Shown here in pieces: positions 1 through 11,176 of a stretch of DNA of 64,000 bases; positions within the stretch are counted from its first letter, which is position 1, and the number at the start of each line of letters is the position of its first letter. Position numbers and translations under genes: made by a program. The DNA is from Candidatus Cloacimonadales bacterium (GTDB lineage Bacteria; Cloacimonadota; Cloacimonadia; Cloacimonadales; JAFGVF01), in contig CAXXJV010000001.1 in NCBI GenBank assembly GCA_963663475.2, positions 2,176,001 through 2,240,000 on the forward strand. The letters run 5' to 3'. The notes below the pieces were generated by a model. The model had not been told where the DNA came from and did no database searches. It saw only the letters and a list, made by a program, of their open reading frames with translations.

Positions 1-462
1 ATCTCTAATACCTTCTAAACCTAGGGGTTTAGCTATATCAATTTTAGTATTAGTTGAGAAAACTGGGCTAATCCCAAGATAATCAACATCTAAGCATAGT
101 GCATCTCTAGCATCTTCTAGTGATTCTACTGACAATCCTATGATAGCATTCTTACCTAAAATCTTCCTAGCAACTTCATAAGGTAAGTCAGATTGCCCAA
201 TATGCAGTCCTTGGGCATTGACTGCTAAAGCAATATCAAGTCTGTCATTAATAATTAAAGGAACTTTATATTTCTTAGTTACAAGAGAAACAGCTTTTGC
301 TACTTCATAAAATTCTCTACTTGAACAATCTTTTTCTCTTAATTGAACAACGCTAGTGCCACCTAAAATAGCTTCCTCAATGACATAAATAAGGTCTCTT
401 CCTAAAGTCAAAGCCCTATCAGTAACTAAGTATAAAGAATAATCGATATTATCTTTAGACAT
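1..462 (-). CDS. thiE: Thiamine-phosphate synthase (3' end truncated by window edge; not in ORF track)
   Basis: Manual translation from ATG at 462: MSKDNIDYSLYLVTDR...GGTSVVQLREK...PLIINDRLDIALAVNAQGLHIGQSD...IIGLSVES...DYLGISPVFSTNTK; overlaps the thiM stop. Confidence 0.95.
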   Translation of the reverse strand, partial: MSKDNIDYSLYLVTDRALTLGRDLIYVIEEAILGGTSVVQLREKDCSSREFYEVAKAVSLVTKKYKVPLIINDRLDIALAVNAQGLHIGQSDLPYEVARKILGKNAIIGLSVESLEDARDALCLDVDYLGISPVFSTNTKIDIAKPLGLEGIRD

Positions 463-1249
463 GATATTTCAGTGTTTTGGCAACTTCTTCTTGAGTGATA
501 TTATATAATTTATCAATAAAGTTAAGCTGTAAGGAAGCAGGGCCATTAGAATCTTGAACCGCTAACTGGCCACATATACCCATAAGGGCCATAGCATTAG
601 CACAAGCTTGCAGATAGTTATCATTAACAGCACAGAAAGCACCAGTTAAGGCAGTAGCAGTACATCCTAAGCCAGTTACTTTAGGCATCATACTATGTCC
701 ATTATCGATAAAAATAGTCTCATTTCCATTAGTAATTATATCTATTTCTCCAGATACAACAACAAGGCATTTATAGTGTTCAGCTAAGTTTTTAGCAGCC
801 AATTCAGCCTTGTCAGATGAATGTGAACTATCAACCCCTTTAGTTTGAATACTTGTATCAAGTAGGGCCATTATTTCAGATGCATTCCCTCTAATTACGC
901 TAGGTTTAGCAATTTTGAAGAGTTCTTTTACAGTAGCTGTTCTGAATTTCGTCGCACCAGCACCAACAGGATCAACAATGATTGGGATATTTCTAAGTCT
1001 AGCTGTTTGCATAGCAACTTTCATAGCTTCAATCCAGTGTTCACTAAGGGTACCAATGTTTATTACTAAGGCTGAAGCTATTTGAGCCATATCTGCAACT
1101 TCCTCAATAGCATGAGCCATAACTGGTGAAGCACCTAATGAAAGTAGAGCATTAGCAGTATTATTCATTACTACATAATTAGTAATATTATGGATAAGAG
1201 GAGAACTTTCTCTTATTTTTTCAATATCATTCCATACATTAAGGTTCAT
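455..1249 (-). CDS. thiM: Hydroxyethylthiazole kinase
   Basis: PLIHNITNYVVMNNTANALL, LVINIGTL, DPVGAGAT, IRGNASEI, VTGLGC motifs; adjacent to thiE. Confidence 0.96.
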   Translation of the reverse strand: MNLNVWNDIEKIRESSPLIHNITNYVVMNNTANALLSLGASPVMAHAIEEVADMAQIASALVINIGTLSEHWIEAMKVAMQTARLRNIPIIVDPVGAGATKFRTATVKELFKIAKPSVIRGNASEIMALLDTSIQTKGVDSSHSSDKAELAAKNLAEHYKCLVVVSGEIDIITNGNETIFIDNGHSMMPKVTGLGCTATALTGAFCAVNDNYLQACANAMALMGICGQLAVQDSNGPASLQLNFIDKLYNITQEEVAKTLKYHV

Positions 1250-1341
1250 TATTACTCCTTTAATAATCTGTTAAGATATGAATTTTTTGTTAGTTAGATG
1301 TATTTTTTAGTTTATTAGGACTAAAAATTTGATATAAGAAA

Positions 1342-2043
1342 TTATTTATATGCCCTAATAGCAACATAATCTCCACAATCATAACCAGGGATAGGTTTTT
1401 CCATTTCATTATCTGAGTAAGCAGGATGTTTGGTAAGAGTCTGAGCGAAATCAAGATTTTTAAAGCCTGCTTTTTCTAACATTCTAATTTTTTCTGGAGT
1501 AGAGCGCCAATTTGATTCATTAATAAATGATATTGGGTAGGCATTTGGAGCTTTAGCTTCATTGAAATAATTATGTTCCCATGTTCCAATTTCTTTAGCT
1601 AAATTATAAAGAATTCCATAAGAACTTTCTTTAGGAACATCTATTACAAGAATCATGCCTCCTGGTTTTAAGGCTTTATAGGCTTTATCAAGTGCTTTTT
1701 GTAAGTCAGTAATATAACTAGGAGTACCATTAAACATAACAGTATCATAGATCTCATTTCCAAAGTCAGTATCTTCAGCAGTGCCAACAGTTACTTTTAA
1801 GCCACGTTTAGAAGCTATTTCTGCCATACCTTCAGCAGGTTCAATACCTTCTGTAAGGCTTATATTATATTCTTTTTTTAAAATCGCTTCAAATAATCCT
1901 GATCCACAACCTACTGAAAGTGATCTTCCTGGATTATTTAAGAAGTGAGCAACTAAGGCTACTTCAGAAGCTAAGACATTTACATTTTTTAAAAACCATT
2001 CATCGTATTTTGATGCATATTGATCAAATGCTCTTTCTATCAT
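1342..2043 (-). CDS. Class I SAM-dependent methyltransferase
   Basis: SVGCGSG motif I, LKPGG; start placed at ATG 2043 behind an AGGTGG RBS (ORF track starts at 2064). Confidence 0.85.
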   Translation of the reverse strand: MIERAFDQYASKYDEWFLKNVNVLASEVALVAHFLNNPGRSLSVGCGSGLFEAILKKEYNISLTEGIEPAEGMAEIASKRGLKVTVGTAEDTDFGNEIYDTVMFNGTPSYITDLQKALDKAYKALKPGGMILVIDVPKESSYGILYNLAKEIGTWEHNYFNEAKAPNAYPISFINESNWRSTPEKIRMLEKAGFKNLDFAQTLTKHPAYSDNEMEKPIPGYDCGDYVAIRAYK

Positions 2044-2182
2044 TTTTATATTTCCACCTATCATATTATTTGAAAATTAGGAAAAATCGTTTGCGTATTT
2101 TGTCAAGCAGTGAATGAATTTTATTGGATATTTTCCAGAAATCAGATAATCTATGGCTAGATTTCTCTTATCATCATTAATT

Positions 2183-2239
2183 CTTCCTTTACAGTCTTTC
2201 GATGAAAGTCCGCCTTTCATCGAAAGACTGTAAAGGAAG
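2183..2239. repeat. Long palindromic element, copy 1 (26 bp perfect arms, 5 nt loop)
   Basis: CTTCCTTTACAGTCTTTCGATGAAAG-tccgc-CTTTCATCGAAAGACTGTAAAGGAAG; same core at 23465 and 63476. Confidence 0.95.
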
Positions 2240-2397
2240 GTTTAGGAATGAAGATAGACAGGATTACTTTATTAGAATGAAAGTTCTAAATGATTTTTCT
2301 AAGAAAATTCTCTAGCTAAGCCTTTGGACAAAGAAAATATTGCTCCTCAAAAAAACATATTCCTAAGAATATGCTAGTCCTTCTGAAGATATTTAAT

Positions 2398-2425
2398 TTG
2401 ACAAATTGCCATTATCCTTTAATTT
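2398..2425 (+). promoter_or_regulatory. Putative sigma70 promoter of the secA operon
   Basis: TTGACA-N16-TAATTT, 31 nt before the secA ATG. Confidence 0.55.
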
Positions 2426-2456
2426 GGTTAGATAATAAAAAAAAGTGGTGTAAAAT

Positions 2457-5400
2457 ATGTTTGAAAAATTATTAAAAAAGATTTTTGGTGATAAGCACGA
2501 AAAATTCTTAAAGACTATATACCCGATTATCAATGATATAAATGATAGATATGCAGAGCTCGAAACACTGTCAGATGATGAATTACGTTCAAAAATTGCT
2601 GAAATAAAAAGCAAGTTGAAAGGTGAATTAGATCCAGAATTTGAGAATTTAGATAAGCTTAAGAAAGAATATATTACAGAGATAAATGAAAGTAAAAAAG
2701 ATAGATTAAGCAATGAACTCGATAAAATAAAAGAAGATTTAAAGAAAAAGGTTCAAGATTTATTAGATGATAATTTAGTGGAAGTTTTTGCCATTATTAA
2801 AGATACCTGTAGAAGATTAATAGGCCATGAATATATTGTTAGGGGTAATCCTGCTAAATGGGATATGATACCTTACGATGTTCAGATGATTGGTGGTATT
2901 GTCTTGCACCGAGGTAATATTGCAGAGATGGCTACTGGTGAAGGTAAGACTTTAGTTGCGACTCTTCCTCTCTTTTTAAATGCCTTAATAGGTAAGGGTG
3001 CTCATCTTGTTACTGTAAATGAATACCTAGCTCAACGTGATGCTGAATGGATGAGTCCTATCTTTGAGTTTCACAACATGAAAGTTGGCTGTATAGTTAA
3101 TGGAATGTCCTTTGAAGATAAGAAAGCTGTCTATAGATACGATGTTACTTATGGTATGAATAGTGAATTTGGTTTTGATTATCTTAGAGATAATATGGCT
3201 GTTAACTCTGAGCAATTAGTGCAAAGAGACTTTTATTATGCTATAGTGGATGAAGTTGATAGTATTCTTATTGATGAAGCCAGAACTCCTCTAATTATAT
3301 CTGGATCTGTTGATGATGATAAGAATTTTTATCAAGAATTAAGACCTTACATAGAGAGGTTAACTAAGCTACAAAATAATCTACTTAGGGATCTTAATTC
3401 CAAGGTGAAAGCCTTACTTGATGATCCTAATTCAGATTCAAACGAGATTGGGAAATTGCTGCTTTTAATGAAATTAGGATCACCTAAAAATAAAGCTTTT
3501 AATAAGTATATGAAAGAAGGAGATCTTAAAAAACTTTGTAACGATATTGAAGGCCTATATATTCGCGATAAAAAAATGCATGAACTAAATGCAGAACTTT
3601 ATTACAGTATTGATGAAAAGGCTAATACTGTTGAACTTAGTGAACTTGGGCAGGATGTTATTAATGATTATGAAAGAGATCTCTTCATAACATCTACCTT
3701 GGACGAACTTCTTGATGCCGTAGATAAGGACGATACTTTATCGATTGAAGAAAGATTGAAAAAGAAAGATAGAGTAACTCGTGAATTTATGGACAAGAGT
3801 GAAAAACAACATGATATCAAGCAGCTTCTCAAAGCCTACTCGCTTTTTGAAAAAGAAAAAGAATATGTTGTGATGGATAATCAGGTTCAAATTGTTGATG
3901 AATTTACAGGTCGTTTGATGCCTGGTAGAAGATTCAGTGATGGTCTTCATCAAGCCTTAGAAGCTAAAGAACGAGTAAAAATTCAAAAAGCTTCTCAAAC
4001 CTTAGCAACTATAACTTTGCAGAATTACTTCAGAATGTTTGATAAACTTGCTGGTATGACTGGTACTGCTGTTACAGAAGAAAATGAATTCATGGAAATT
4101 TATAAATTACCAGTAGTTGAAATTCCTACAAATGTTCCAATCACTAGGCTGGATCATGATGATTTCATCTATTTAACTAAGAATGAAAAATATAAAGCTA
4201 TTATAAGAGAAATTGAATACTGGCATAGTCAGGATAAACCTGTTTTGGTTGGTACTACAAGTGTAGAAGTTTCTGAAACTCTTAGTAGAATGCTGAGATT
4301 GAATAAGATTCCTCATAATATTCTAAATGCTAAAAACCATGAGAAAGAAGCTGAAATAATTGCTGGTGCTGGTAGGGCTGGTGCTGTAACTATAGCTACA
4401 AATATGGCTGGTAGAGGAACAGATATTAAAATTGCTGATTCTGTAATTACCCAAAGCCATGAAGACTACTTAAATGCTAATAATCAAGTTAGCAAAGATT
4501 TACCCTACGGTGGTCCACTAGACGGATTGCATGTTATTGGTTCTGAACGTCATGAATCTAGAAGAATTGATAGACAGTTAAGAGGTAGAGCTGGTCGTCA
4601 AGGGGATCCAGGTACCTCAAGATTTTATTTGTCTCTAGAAGATGATTTAATGCGTTTATTTGGATCTGATAGAATAGCACCTATGATGATGAAACTAGGA
4701 GCTAAAAGTGATGAACCAATAGTTCATCCATGGATGACCAATGCTGTCTCTAAGGCCCAAAAAAGAGTTGAAGAACATAACTTTGAAATTAGAAAGAGAT
4801 TAATTAAATACGATGAAGTGATGACTGCTCAAAGAGAAATTATCTATCAGTATCGCAATAATGTGCTTAAGGGATATGATCTAAAAAATGAAATAATTAA
4901 TATGATTAGCGATACTGTGAATAATGTAATTGACAGAATTGTTGAAAGTAAGACTTTTGTAGAAGATCATGAGGTTGAAGAAGTCTGTAAATGGGTTAAA
5001 CTAAATTTGGGTGTACCAACTGATTATGAAAAAATCATGAATCCTGATTTAGATGTTAACCAACTTAGGAATGTTATGGAAGAAAGACTTCTTAGAGCTT
5101 ATGAGCAAAAAGAAGAAATTGTAGGTGTTGAAAATCAAAGAGAATTAGAAAGAAGATCTCTTTTAGAAGTAGTTGATACAAACTGGAGAGAGCACTTAAG
5201 AGAAATGGATCTTCTCCAGGAAGGTATCAGTTTAAGGGCTTATGGTAACAAAGATCCTCTTATAGAATATAAAAAAGAATCTTTCTATGTTTTTGAAGAT
5301 ATGATATATAGAATTCAAGAACAAGTTACTCAGAAGGTCTTTACTAGGGTACTGGTAAATCAAGCAAATATCGAAGATGTATTAGACCGGATAAAAACTA

Positions 5401-5612
5401 TGCATAATGAAGTAAATGTTTTCAATAATCCTAGTCCGGCCATTGAAGAACAAGCTAAGCCACAAATGCCAAATATGAATAGACCTCAAGTTCAAACTAA
5501 GGTGAAACCAATTGTGAATGCTGATAAGATAGGCAGGAATGATCCTTGTCCTTGTGGATCAGGAAAGAAATACAAAAAGTGCTGTGGTAAAAACATAATG
5601 GATGATGAATAA
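2457..5612 (+). CDS. secA: Preprotein translocase subunit SecA
   Basis: [65 protein letters not shown]-terminal [23 protein letters not shown]. Confidence 0.99.
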   Translation: MFEKLLKKIFGDKHEKFLKTIYPIINDINDRYAELETLSDDELRSKIAEIKSKLKGELDPEFENLDKLKKEYITEINESKKDRLSNELDKIKEDLKKKVQDLLDDNLVEVFAIIKDTCRRLIGHEYIVRGNPAKWDMIPYDVQMIGGIVLHRGNIAEMATGEGKTLVATLPLFLNALIGKGAHLVTVNEYLAQRDAEWMSPIFEFHNMKVGCIVNGMSFEDKKAVYRYDVTYGMNSEFGFDYLRDNMAVNSEQLVQRDFYYAIVDEVDSILIDEARTPLIISGSVDDDKNFYQELRPYIERLTKLQNNLLRDLNSKVKALLDDPNSDSNEIGKLLLLMKLGSPKNKAFNKYMKEGDLKKLCNDIEGLYIRDKKMHELNAELYYSIDEKANTVELSELGQDVINDYERDLFITSTLDELLDAVDKDDTLSIEERLKKKDRVTREFMDKSEKQHDIKQLLKAYSLFEKEKEYVVMDNQVQIVDEFTGRLMPGRRFSDGLHQALEAKERVKIQKASQTLATITLQNYFRMFDKLAGMTGTAVTEENEFMEIYKLPVVEIPTNVPITRLDHDDFIYLTKNEKYKAIIREIEYWHSQDKPVLVGTTSVEVSETLSRMLRLNKIPHNILNAKNHEKEAEIIAGAGRAGAVTIATNMAGRGTDIKIADSVITQSHEDYLNANNQVSKDLPYGGPLDGLHVIGSERHESRRIDRQLRGRAGRQGDPGTSRFYLSLEDDLMRLFGSDRIAPMMMKLGAKSDEPIVHPWMTNAVSKAQKRVEEHNFEIRKRLIKYDEVMTAQREIIYQYRNNVLKGYDLKNEIINMISDTVNNVIDRIVESKTFVEDHEVEEVCKWVKLNLGVPTDYEKIMNPDLDVNQLRNVMEERLLRAYEQKEEIVGVENQRELERRSLLEVVDTNWREHLREMDLLQEGISLRAYGNKDPLIEYKKESFYVFEDMIYRIQEQVTQKVFTRVLVNQANIEDVLDRIKTMHNEVNVFNNPSPAIEEQAKPQMPNMNRPQVQTKVKPIVNADKIGRNDPCPCGSGKKYKKCCGKNIMDDE

Positions 5613-6041
5613 ATGAAGAAAGATATAGATTATATAAAGAAACAGCTTTCAGGAAAACATTCAAAAGAGTTTCTGCAAGACTTAAATGAAGAAGAATTGC
5701 AGACTTTGATTGAACTCTTGGAAAAACAAGATGATAAAAAAAGACCTTATTACAGGAATTTAGATATTATTGAGTCCCAAGCCATCTCAGTAGATGCTTA
5801 TGGATATATGATGAGTATGTATAATATAGGTTCCCTAACTGAAGTAACTTTTGAAAAAGTAATTCAGATATGTATGCACCTTTATTATATTACTCAAGAG
5901 CAAGTTTCAAAGAAAAAACTAGATAAAATTATAACCATGATTAATTTCTCAGATTTTAATCAGACCAATATCAAAGAGTTCATAGATACCCTTATTAACG
6001 AAAATAAATATCAGATGAATACTCAGAAAATAAAACACTAG
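5613..6041 (+). CDS. Divergent DUF494/Smg-like protein
   Basis: R-x5-E-x3-ISVDAYGYM...G.L...FEKVI...M resembles the Smg core; ends in H; lies directly upstream of topA, as smg often does. Confidence 0.55.
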   Translation: MKKDIDYIKKQLSGKHSKEFLQDLNEEELQTLIELLEKQDDKKRPYYRNLDIIESQAISVDAYGYMMSMYNIGSLTEVTFEKVIQICMHLYYITQEQVSKKKLDKIITMINFSDFNQTNIKEFIDTLINENKYQMNTQKIKH

Positions 6042-6048
6042 AGGGAAT

Positions 6049-8268
6049 ATGTCTAAAAGTTTGATAATCGTAGAGTCTCCAGCAAAAGCAAAAACAATAA
6101 GTAAGTTCTTAGATAATAAATTTAATATAGTAGCTTCAATGGGTCATATTAGAGATTTACCTAAAAAATCATTAGGAATAGATCTTGATAATAACTATGC
6201 AGCTAAATATGTGAGTGATAGAACCAAAACTAAGATTATAAAAGAGTTGAGAGAGAAAGCAAAAAGTGCTCCTGAAATTTACCTGGCTAGTGACCATGAC
6301 CGCGAAGGAGAGGCTATTGCCTGGCATTTAACAGAACTCTTAAAAAAAGAAATTAAAGGCAAACCAGTTCATAGGATTACTTTTAATGAAATAACTAAGA
6401 AAGCAATAGTTGAATCGATAAAACATCCTGGAGATATTGATATCAATAAGGTCAATGCCCAGCAAGCAAGACGAATCTTAGACAGAATAGTTGGTTACAA
6501 GGTAAGTCCAATATTATGGAAGGTAATTGCTAAAGATTTAAGTGCTGGAAGGGTTCAATCAGTTGCCTTAAGATTAGTCTGTGAAAAAGAAGAAGAAATA
6601 AATGCTTTTGTTCCTGAAGAATATTGGAAGATTTATGCTAATTTCTGGAAAGATAATTACCAACCTTTCAAAGGGGAACTAAATAAAATTGATGGTAAAA
6701 AAGCTAAGATAGCCAACAAAGAAGAAGCAGATAAGATTCTGGAAGAGATTAAAAATTCTCAAGCTGTCTTACAAGATATCAAAAAAAGTAAGAAAAAAGT
6801 TCAACCTCCTACACCTTATATAACTTCTACTCTACAACAAGATGCTTCAAGAATATCAGGTTTTAGTCCTAAAAGAACAATGAAAATAGCCCAAGAACTC
6901 TATGAAGGAATAGCTATTGGAGGGGAACAATCAGGTCTTATAACCTACATGAGAACAGACTCATTAAGAATTTCAACAGAGGCACAAGATGCATGTAGAG
7001 CTCTTATAAGTGAAAGATTTGGTAAGGAAAAATTAAATCCAAGTGTAAGGAATTTTGCCAATAAGAATAAAGCTCAAGATGCTCATGAAGCCATAAGACC
7101 TACTGATGTTAATAAAACACCTGAAAGCATAAAAGGCTATCTTTCACCAGAGCAATTTAGGGTATATAGTTTAATATGGGGTAGGTTTGTTGCTACACAG
7201 ATGATCCCTATGTTGGTTGAAAATGTACAAGTCTTCGTGGAAGTAGGTAAAACTGAATTTTTAACCAAGGGTGCTATTATTCTTGATAAAGGTTTTTCTC
7301 TAGCATATGCTTATGTATCTACTGCAATGGGAGAATTGATAGATAAAGCATATCAAATAGGTGATGACTTAGAAAAAAGTGATGTAAGTTCAGAACAAAA
7401 ATTTACTCAACCACCTGCTCGTTATTCAGAAGCTTCTCTCATTAAAGAATTAGAGGCTAAAGAAATTGGAAGACCTTCAACTTACTCTTCTATTATTTCT
7501 ACTATTACAGATAGAAAATATGTTGAATTGATAAAGAAATATCTTCATCCAACAGAGCTTGGAGTAAAAGTAAATAGTTTCCTTACTAAGAAGTTTGATT
7601 CAACTTTCAATGTACTCTTTACCGCAGATATGGAGAAGAAACTAGATAAAGTTGAAGAGGGTAATGAACTATTTGAAAAGGTTCTGGATGAATACTATCA
7701 AGAACTCAAGAAAATGATTGAGCAAGTAGATCTTTCTAAAGAGAAGGAGATGTATTTAGAACATACAGATATTCCTTGTGAAAAGTGTAAAGAAGGTCAT
7801 TATATAGTTAGGACAGGTCGTCAGGGAGAGTTTTTAGGTTGCTCAGAGTATCCTAAATGTAAAGATATCAAGAATTTTAAAAGAGATAAAGATGGTAAAA
7901 TACATATAGTCAAAGAAGAAACTCTTGATGAAAAATGCCCTGAATGTGATAGTCCTTTAGTTGTTAAAAATGGAAGATTTGGTAAGTTTATTGCTTGCTC
8001 AAATTATCCTAAATGCAAGTTTACTAAACCAATTGATCTTGGGATAAAATGTCCTGATTGTGAGACAGGAATGATTACAGAGAAGAAATCTAAGAAGGGT
8101 AGAACATTTTATAGTTGTACTAATTATCCAAATTGTAAGTTTTCTACTTGGAATAAACCAGTTAAGATTACTTGTCCTAATTGTAATAATTACTACATGG
8201 AAGAAAAGTACTCAAAAGAGAAAGGAAATTATAAAGTTTGCCCTAAGTGTGGTCAGGAAGTCTTCTAA
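6049..8268 (+). CDS. topA: DNA topoisomerase I with C-terminal zinc ribbons
   Basis: LIIVESPAKAKTI, DREGEAIAWH, SAGRVQS, ITYMRTDS, AHEAIRPT, GRPSTY, repeated CxxC ribbons. Confidence 0.99.
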   Translation: MSKSLIIVESPAKAKTISKFLDNKFNIVASMGHIRDLPKKSLGIDLDNNYAAKYVSDRTKTKIIKELREKAKSAPEIYLASDHDREGEAIAWHLTELLKKEIKGKPVHRITFNEITKKAIVESIKHPGDIDINKVNAQQARRILDRIVGYKVSPILWKVIAKDLSAGRVQSVALRLVCEKEEEINAFVPEEYWKIYANFWKDNYQPFKGELNKIDGKKAKIANKEEADKILEEIKNSQAVLQDIKKSKKKVQPPTPYITSTLQQDASRISGFSPKRTMKIAQELYEGIAIGGEQSGLITYMRTDSLRISTEAQDACRALISERFGKEKLNPSVRNFANKNKAQDAHEAIRPTDVNKTPESIKGYLSPEQFRVYSLIWGRFVATQMIPMLVENVQVFVEVGKTEFLTKGAIILDKGFSLAYAYVSTAMGELIDKAYQIGDDLEKSDVSSEQKFTQPPARYSEASLIKELEAKEIGRPSTYSSIISTITDRKYVELIKKYLHPTELGVKVNSFLTKKFDSTFNVLFTADMEKKLDKVEEGNELFEKVLDEYYQELKKMIEQVDLSKEKEMYLEHTDIPCEKCKEGHYIVRTGRQGEFLGCSEYPKCKDIKNFKRDKDGKIHIVKEETLDEKCPECDSPLVVKNGRFGKFIACSNYPKCKFTKPIDLGIKCPDCETGMITEKKSKKGRTFYSCTNYPNCKFSTWNKPVKITCPNCNNYYMEEKYSKEKGNYKVCPKCGQEVF

Positions 8269-9542
8269 TGTTGTTAGGAAACAATATCAGATCTAGCTTA
8301 ACTATAATTCTTTCTCATAAGATAAGAACTTTGCTTACCTTATTAGGTCTAATTATTGGTGTGTTAGCAGTTGTTTCCATATTTTCTGCAGTAGATGGTG
8401 TAAAAGTAGCTATCAATACTAGTGTAGGGAATATGGGATGGGATAACTCTTTTACTATTACCACTAAGAGTGATCAAGATGAAACACAGAGGTCAAGTAG
8501 GCGCTGGTGGAGAAGAAGTAGGGATAAAAGAGAAGCTAAACCGATAAATATAAATGATTTTTATACTTTACAGGACCAGCTTGATTCTAAATATATTTAC
8601 GCTATGGTATCAACTACTTCCCATGACCGAAATAGTAAGTATTCCCGATGGACTCAGATAAAGGCTACTAATGTTGATTATTTTAACTTTAAAAAGTATT
8701 ATCTTTTAAAAGGAAGAAATTTCAATAATCTTGATATCAAGAACGAAGCTAATGTTTGTCTTGTCGGAAGCAATTTCTGGCAAGGAAACATGAATTCAGA
8801 TCCTAATATTATAGGGAAAAAATTAACCTTAGGTAATCACAGATTCACAATTATTGGTATTATCGGAGAAGAAGCTGGAAAGAAGAGTGAATTTGATTTT
8901 AATCAGTGGGAGAGACGTTGGGACTTACGTTCTATTTTCATTCCCTTGGAAACAGGAGTAAAATATTACTCTGTAAATCGGGAAATTGAGCAGATATATG
9001 TTCAATCAGATAATGCTAATCTCTTCCTCTATAACAAGAATAAAGCAAGGCAACTACTACTTGCAAATCACAATATGACAGAGTCTTTTACTTTTGTTTC
9101 AGAACCAGAGGACATCTTAAAATTTACTCAGCAACTTAATGATATGTTATCCAAATGGAATACTATCCTAATGGCTATTGCCTCAGTATCACTCTTTGTG
9201 GGTGGTATAGGTTTGTTTTCTACCTTACTAATTTCAATTAGTGAAAGAATGAACGAAATTGGTATAAGAAAGAGTATTGGTGCTTCTGAATTTGATATTT
9301 TTACACTTCTTCTTTCTGAAGCAATAATCTTAACACTTATTGGTGCTACTATAGGAATTTCTATTGCTAAAATTGCAGTTGTACTTCTGGCAAGTGCATT
9401 AAAAGTTCCATTAACATTACCATATACTGGTATATTTGTAGGTTTAGGTTTTGCCTTACTCATTGGCATTATCTCAGGATTATACCCAGCTTATAAGGCT
9501 GCAAAAGTTAATCCTATTGAAGCTGTTTATTACTTTGATTAA
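8268..9542 (+). CDS. MacB/FtsX-family ABC transporter permease
   Basis: RTLLTLLGLIIGV, large periplasmic domain, SISERMNEIGIRKSIGA, GLYPAYKAAKVNPIEA; ATG overlaps the topA stop (TAATG). Confidence 0.9.
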   Translation: MLLGNNIRSSLTIILSHKIRTLLTLLGLIIGVLAVVSIFSAVDGVKVAINTSVGNMGWDNSFTITTKSDQDETQRSSRRWWRRSRDKREAKPININDFYTLQDQLDSKYIYAMVSTTSHDRNSKYSRWTQIKATNVDYFNFKKYYLLKGRNFNNLDIKNEANVCLVGSNFWQGNMNSDPNIIGKKLTLGNHRFTIIGIIGEEAGKKSEFDFNQWERRWDLRSIFIPLETGVKYYSVNREIEQIYVQSDNANLFLYNKNKARQLLLANHNMTESFTFVSEPEDILKFTQQLNDMLSKWNTILMAIASVSLFVGGIGLFSTLLISISERMNEIGIRKSIGASEFDIFTLLLSEAIILTLIGATIGISIAKIAVVLLASALKVPLTLPYTGIFVGLGFALLIGIISGLYPAYKAAKVNPIEAVYYFD

Positions 9543-9553
9543 TAGGAATTATT

Positions 9554-10492
9554 ATGGCAACAAGCAAGAAAAATACTAAAAAAAAACCTCCTCAAAAGAA
9601 AAGTCCAGCAAAAAAAAGCAAGAAAACTAAAAAGACTGAGAAAAAAGTAAAGAAAAGACTTAATTATTCTACTATTGTAATTATACTTATCACATTGGCT
9701 ATCTTCATTTTTCTTAAGACCAGAGATGACAATAAAAGTATGGGTAGTATCGATAGTCTGAACACTCAAGTTCAAACAGAGACTACTACTGGCTTAGATG
9801 CTTATGAATTAGCCTATTATTATCCGACAGCAAATCTGAATAATGGTGGTATTGTTGAACATCTTGCTTATAGCTTAGACTATAATGAAGATCATGAACA
9901 GGCTGATTGGGTTTTATATGAGTTAACAAAAGAAGAAGTACTTAATAAGGCGGTTCCTCGTAAAGATAAGTTTATTAGTGATCCATCTCAATCAATAACT
10001 TCTGCCTCTCCTAAGGACTATTATAAAAGTGGTTACGATAGGGGACATCTATGCCCAGCTGCTGATAATCGTTGGTCTCAACAAGCAATGGAAGAGAGCT
10101 TTTATATGAGTAATATGACGCCCCAACATCCTGATTTAAACAGAAAGATATGGGCTGAATTAGAAAAGCAAGTAAGAGATTGGGCTATTGAGAATGGCAA
10201 AGTTTATGTGGCTACTGGTCCTATTCTAAATGATGGTATCAAAGTTAAAATAGGATCAAATCAGGTATCTGTACCTAATTATTACTACAAAGTCGTTGCT
10301 GATTTATCAGGTGATGAAATAAAAGGTGTTGGTTTTATTTTTTCAAATGGAGAGAATAATGGTCAACTGAAGAACTATGCCTTTCCAATAGATATGATAG
10401 AAGAAAGAACTAACATAGATTTCTTTTATAAATTAGATGATACGATTGAAAAAAAGATTGAAACTGAGTTTAAGATGGAGGATTGGTTCTAA
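9554..10492 (+). CDS. Membrane-anchored DNA/RNA non-specific endonuclease (NucA/EndoG-like)
   Basis: GYDRGHLCPAAD, SFYMSNMTPQ, LNRKIW motifs; Lys-rich N-tail followed by one TM helix. Confidence 0.92.
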   Translation: MATSKKNTKKKPPQKKSPAKKSKKTKKTEKKVKKRLNYSTIVIILITLAIFIFLKTRDDNKSMGSIDSLNTQVQTETTTGLDAYELAYYYPTANLNNGGIVEHLAYSLDYNEDHEQADWVLYELTKEEVLNKAVPRKDKFISDPSQSITSASPKDYYKSGYDRGHLCPAADNRWSQQAMEESFYMSNMTPQHPDLNRKIWAELEKQVRDWAIENGKVYVATGPILNDGIKVKIGSNQVSVPNYYYKVVADLSGDEIKGVGFIFSNGENNGQLKNYAFPIDMIEERTNIDFFYKLDDTIEKKIETEFKMEDWF

Positions 10493-11176
10493 ATGAAAAG
10501 GAAAGCTGTTATTTTATTAAGTGGAGGAATGGATAGCTTAGTTACTACTGCTATTGCGAATCAAGAAAATGATGAGTTATATTTTCTGCATGCTAATTAT
10601 GGACAGAAAACTCAGACTAAAGAGCAAGAATGTTTTGATAATTTAGTGCAATACTATTCTCCTAAAGATATTCTGACAGTTGATTTGGAATATCTAGAAA
10701 AAATCGGGGGTACAAGTTTAATAGGTAATAATATGATTGAAGATCATGATCCAGAAAAAGCAAATGAAGTGCCTGCAACTTATGTACCTTTCCGTAATGG
10801 TAACTTGATTGTAATTGCAACTTCTTGGGCTGAAGTTATTGGGGCTCAATCAATATATATTGGCGCTGTAGAAGAAGATAGCTCTGGTTATCCTGACTGT
10901 AGAGAATCTTTCTATCTTGCCCTGAATAAAGCTATCAATCTGGGTACTAAAGATGAAACTGATATTACTATTAAAACCCCTATAATCCATAAAACAAAGG
11001 CAGAAATAGTTAAACTTGGTGAAGAGCTTAAGGCTCCTTTTCAATATTCTTGGTCCTGTTATAGAAATAATGATCTAGCCTGTGGTAAATGTGATTCTTG
11101 TTTTCTCAGATTAAAAGCATTTAAAGAAGCTGGACTTGAAGATCCAATTCCTTATATAAATGATAATAACAAGTAG
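10493..11176 (+). CDS. queC: 7-cyano-7-deazaguanine synthase
   Basis: LLSGGMDS, YVPFRN, YPDCR, WSCY...CGKCDSC. Confidence 0.97.
   Translation: MKRKAVILLSGGMDSLVTTAIANQENDELYFLHANYGQKTQTKEQECFDNLVQYYSPKDILTVDLEYLEKIGGTSLIGNNMIEDHDPEKANEVPATYVPFRNGNLIVIATSWAEVIGAQSIYIGAVEEDSSGYPDCRESFYLALNKAINLGTKDETDITIKTPIIHKTKAEIVKLGEELKAPFQYSWSCYRNNDLACGKCDSCFLRLKAFKEAGLEDPIPYINDNNK

Noticed and set aside
2295-2307. TTTTCTAAGAAAA-like palindromes near 2295, 23354 and 26290 as an operator
   Set aside because: Almost entirely A/T, so likely by chance at this base composition; no consistent position relative to promoters
2457-5612. Extra helical insertions making SecA 1051 aa
   Set aside because: Similar long SecA proteins are known in FCB-group bacteria; no intein motifs seen
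8268-9542. Orphan ABC permease without an ATPase
   Set aside because: MacB/LolCE-type permeases commonly use ATPases encoded elsewhere
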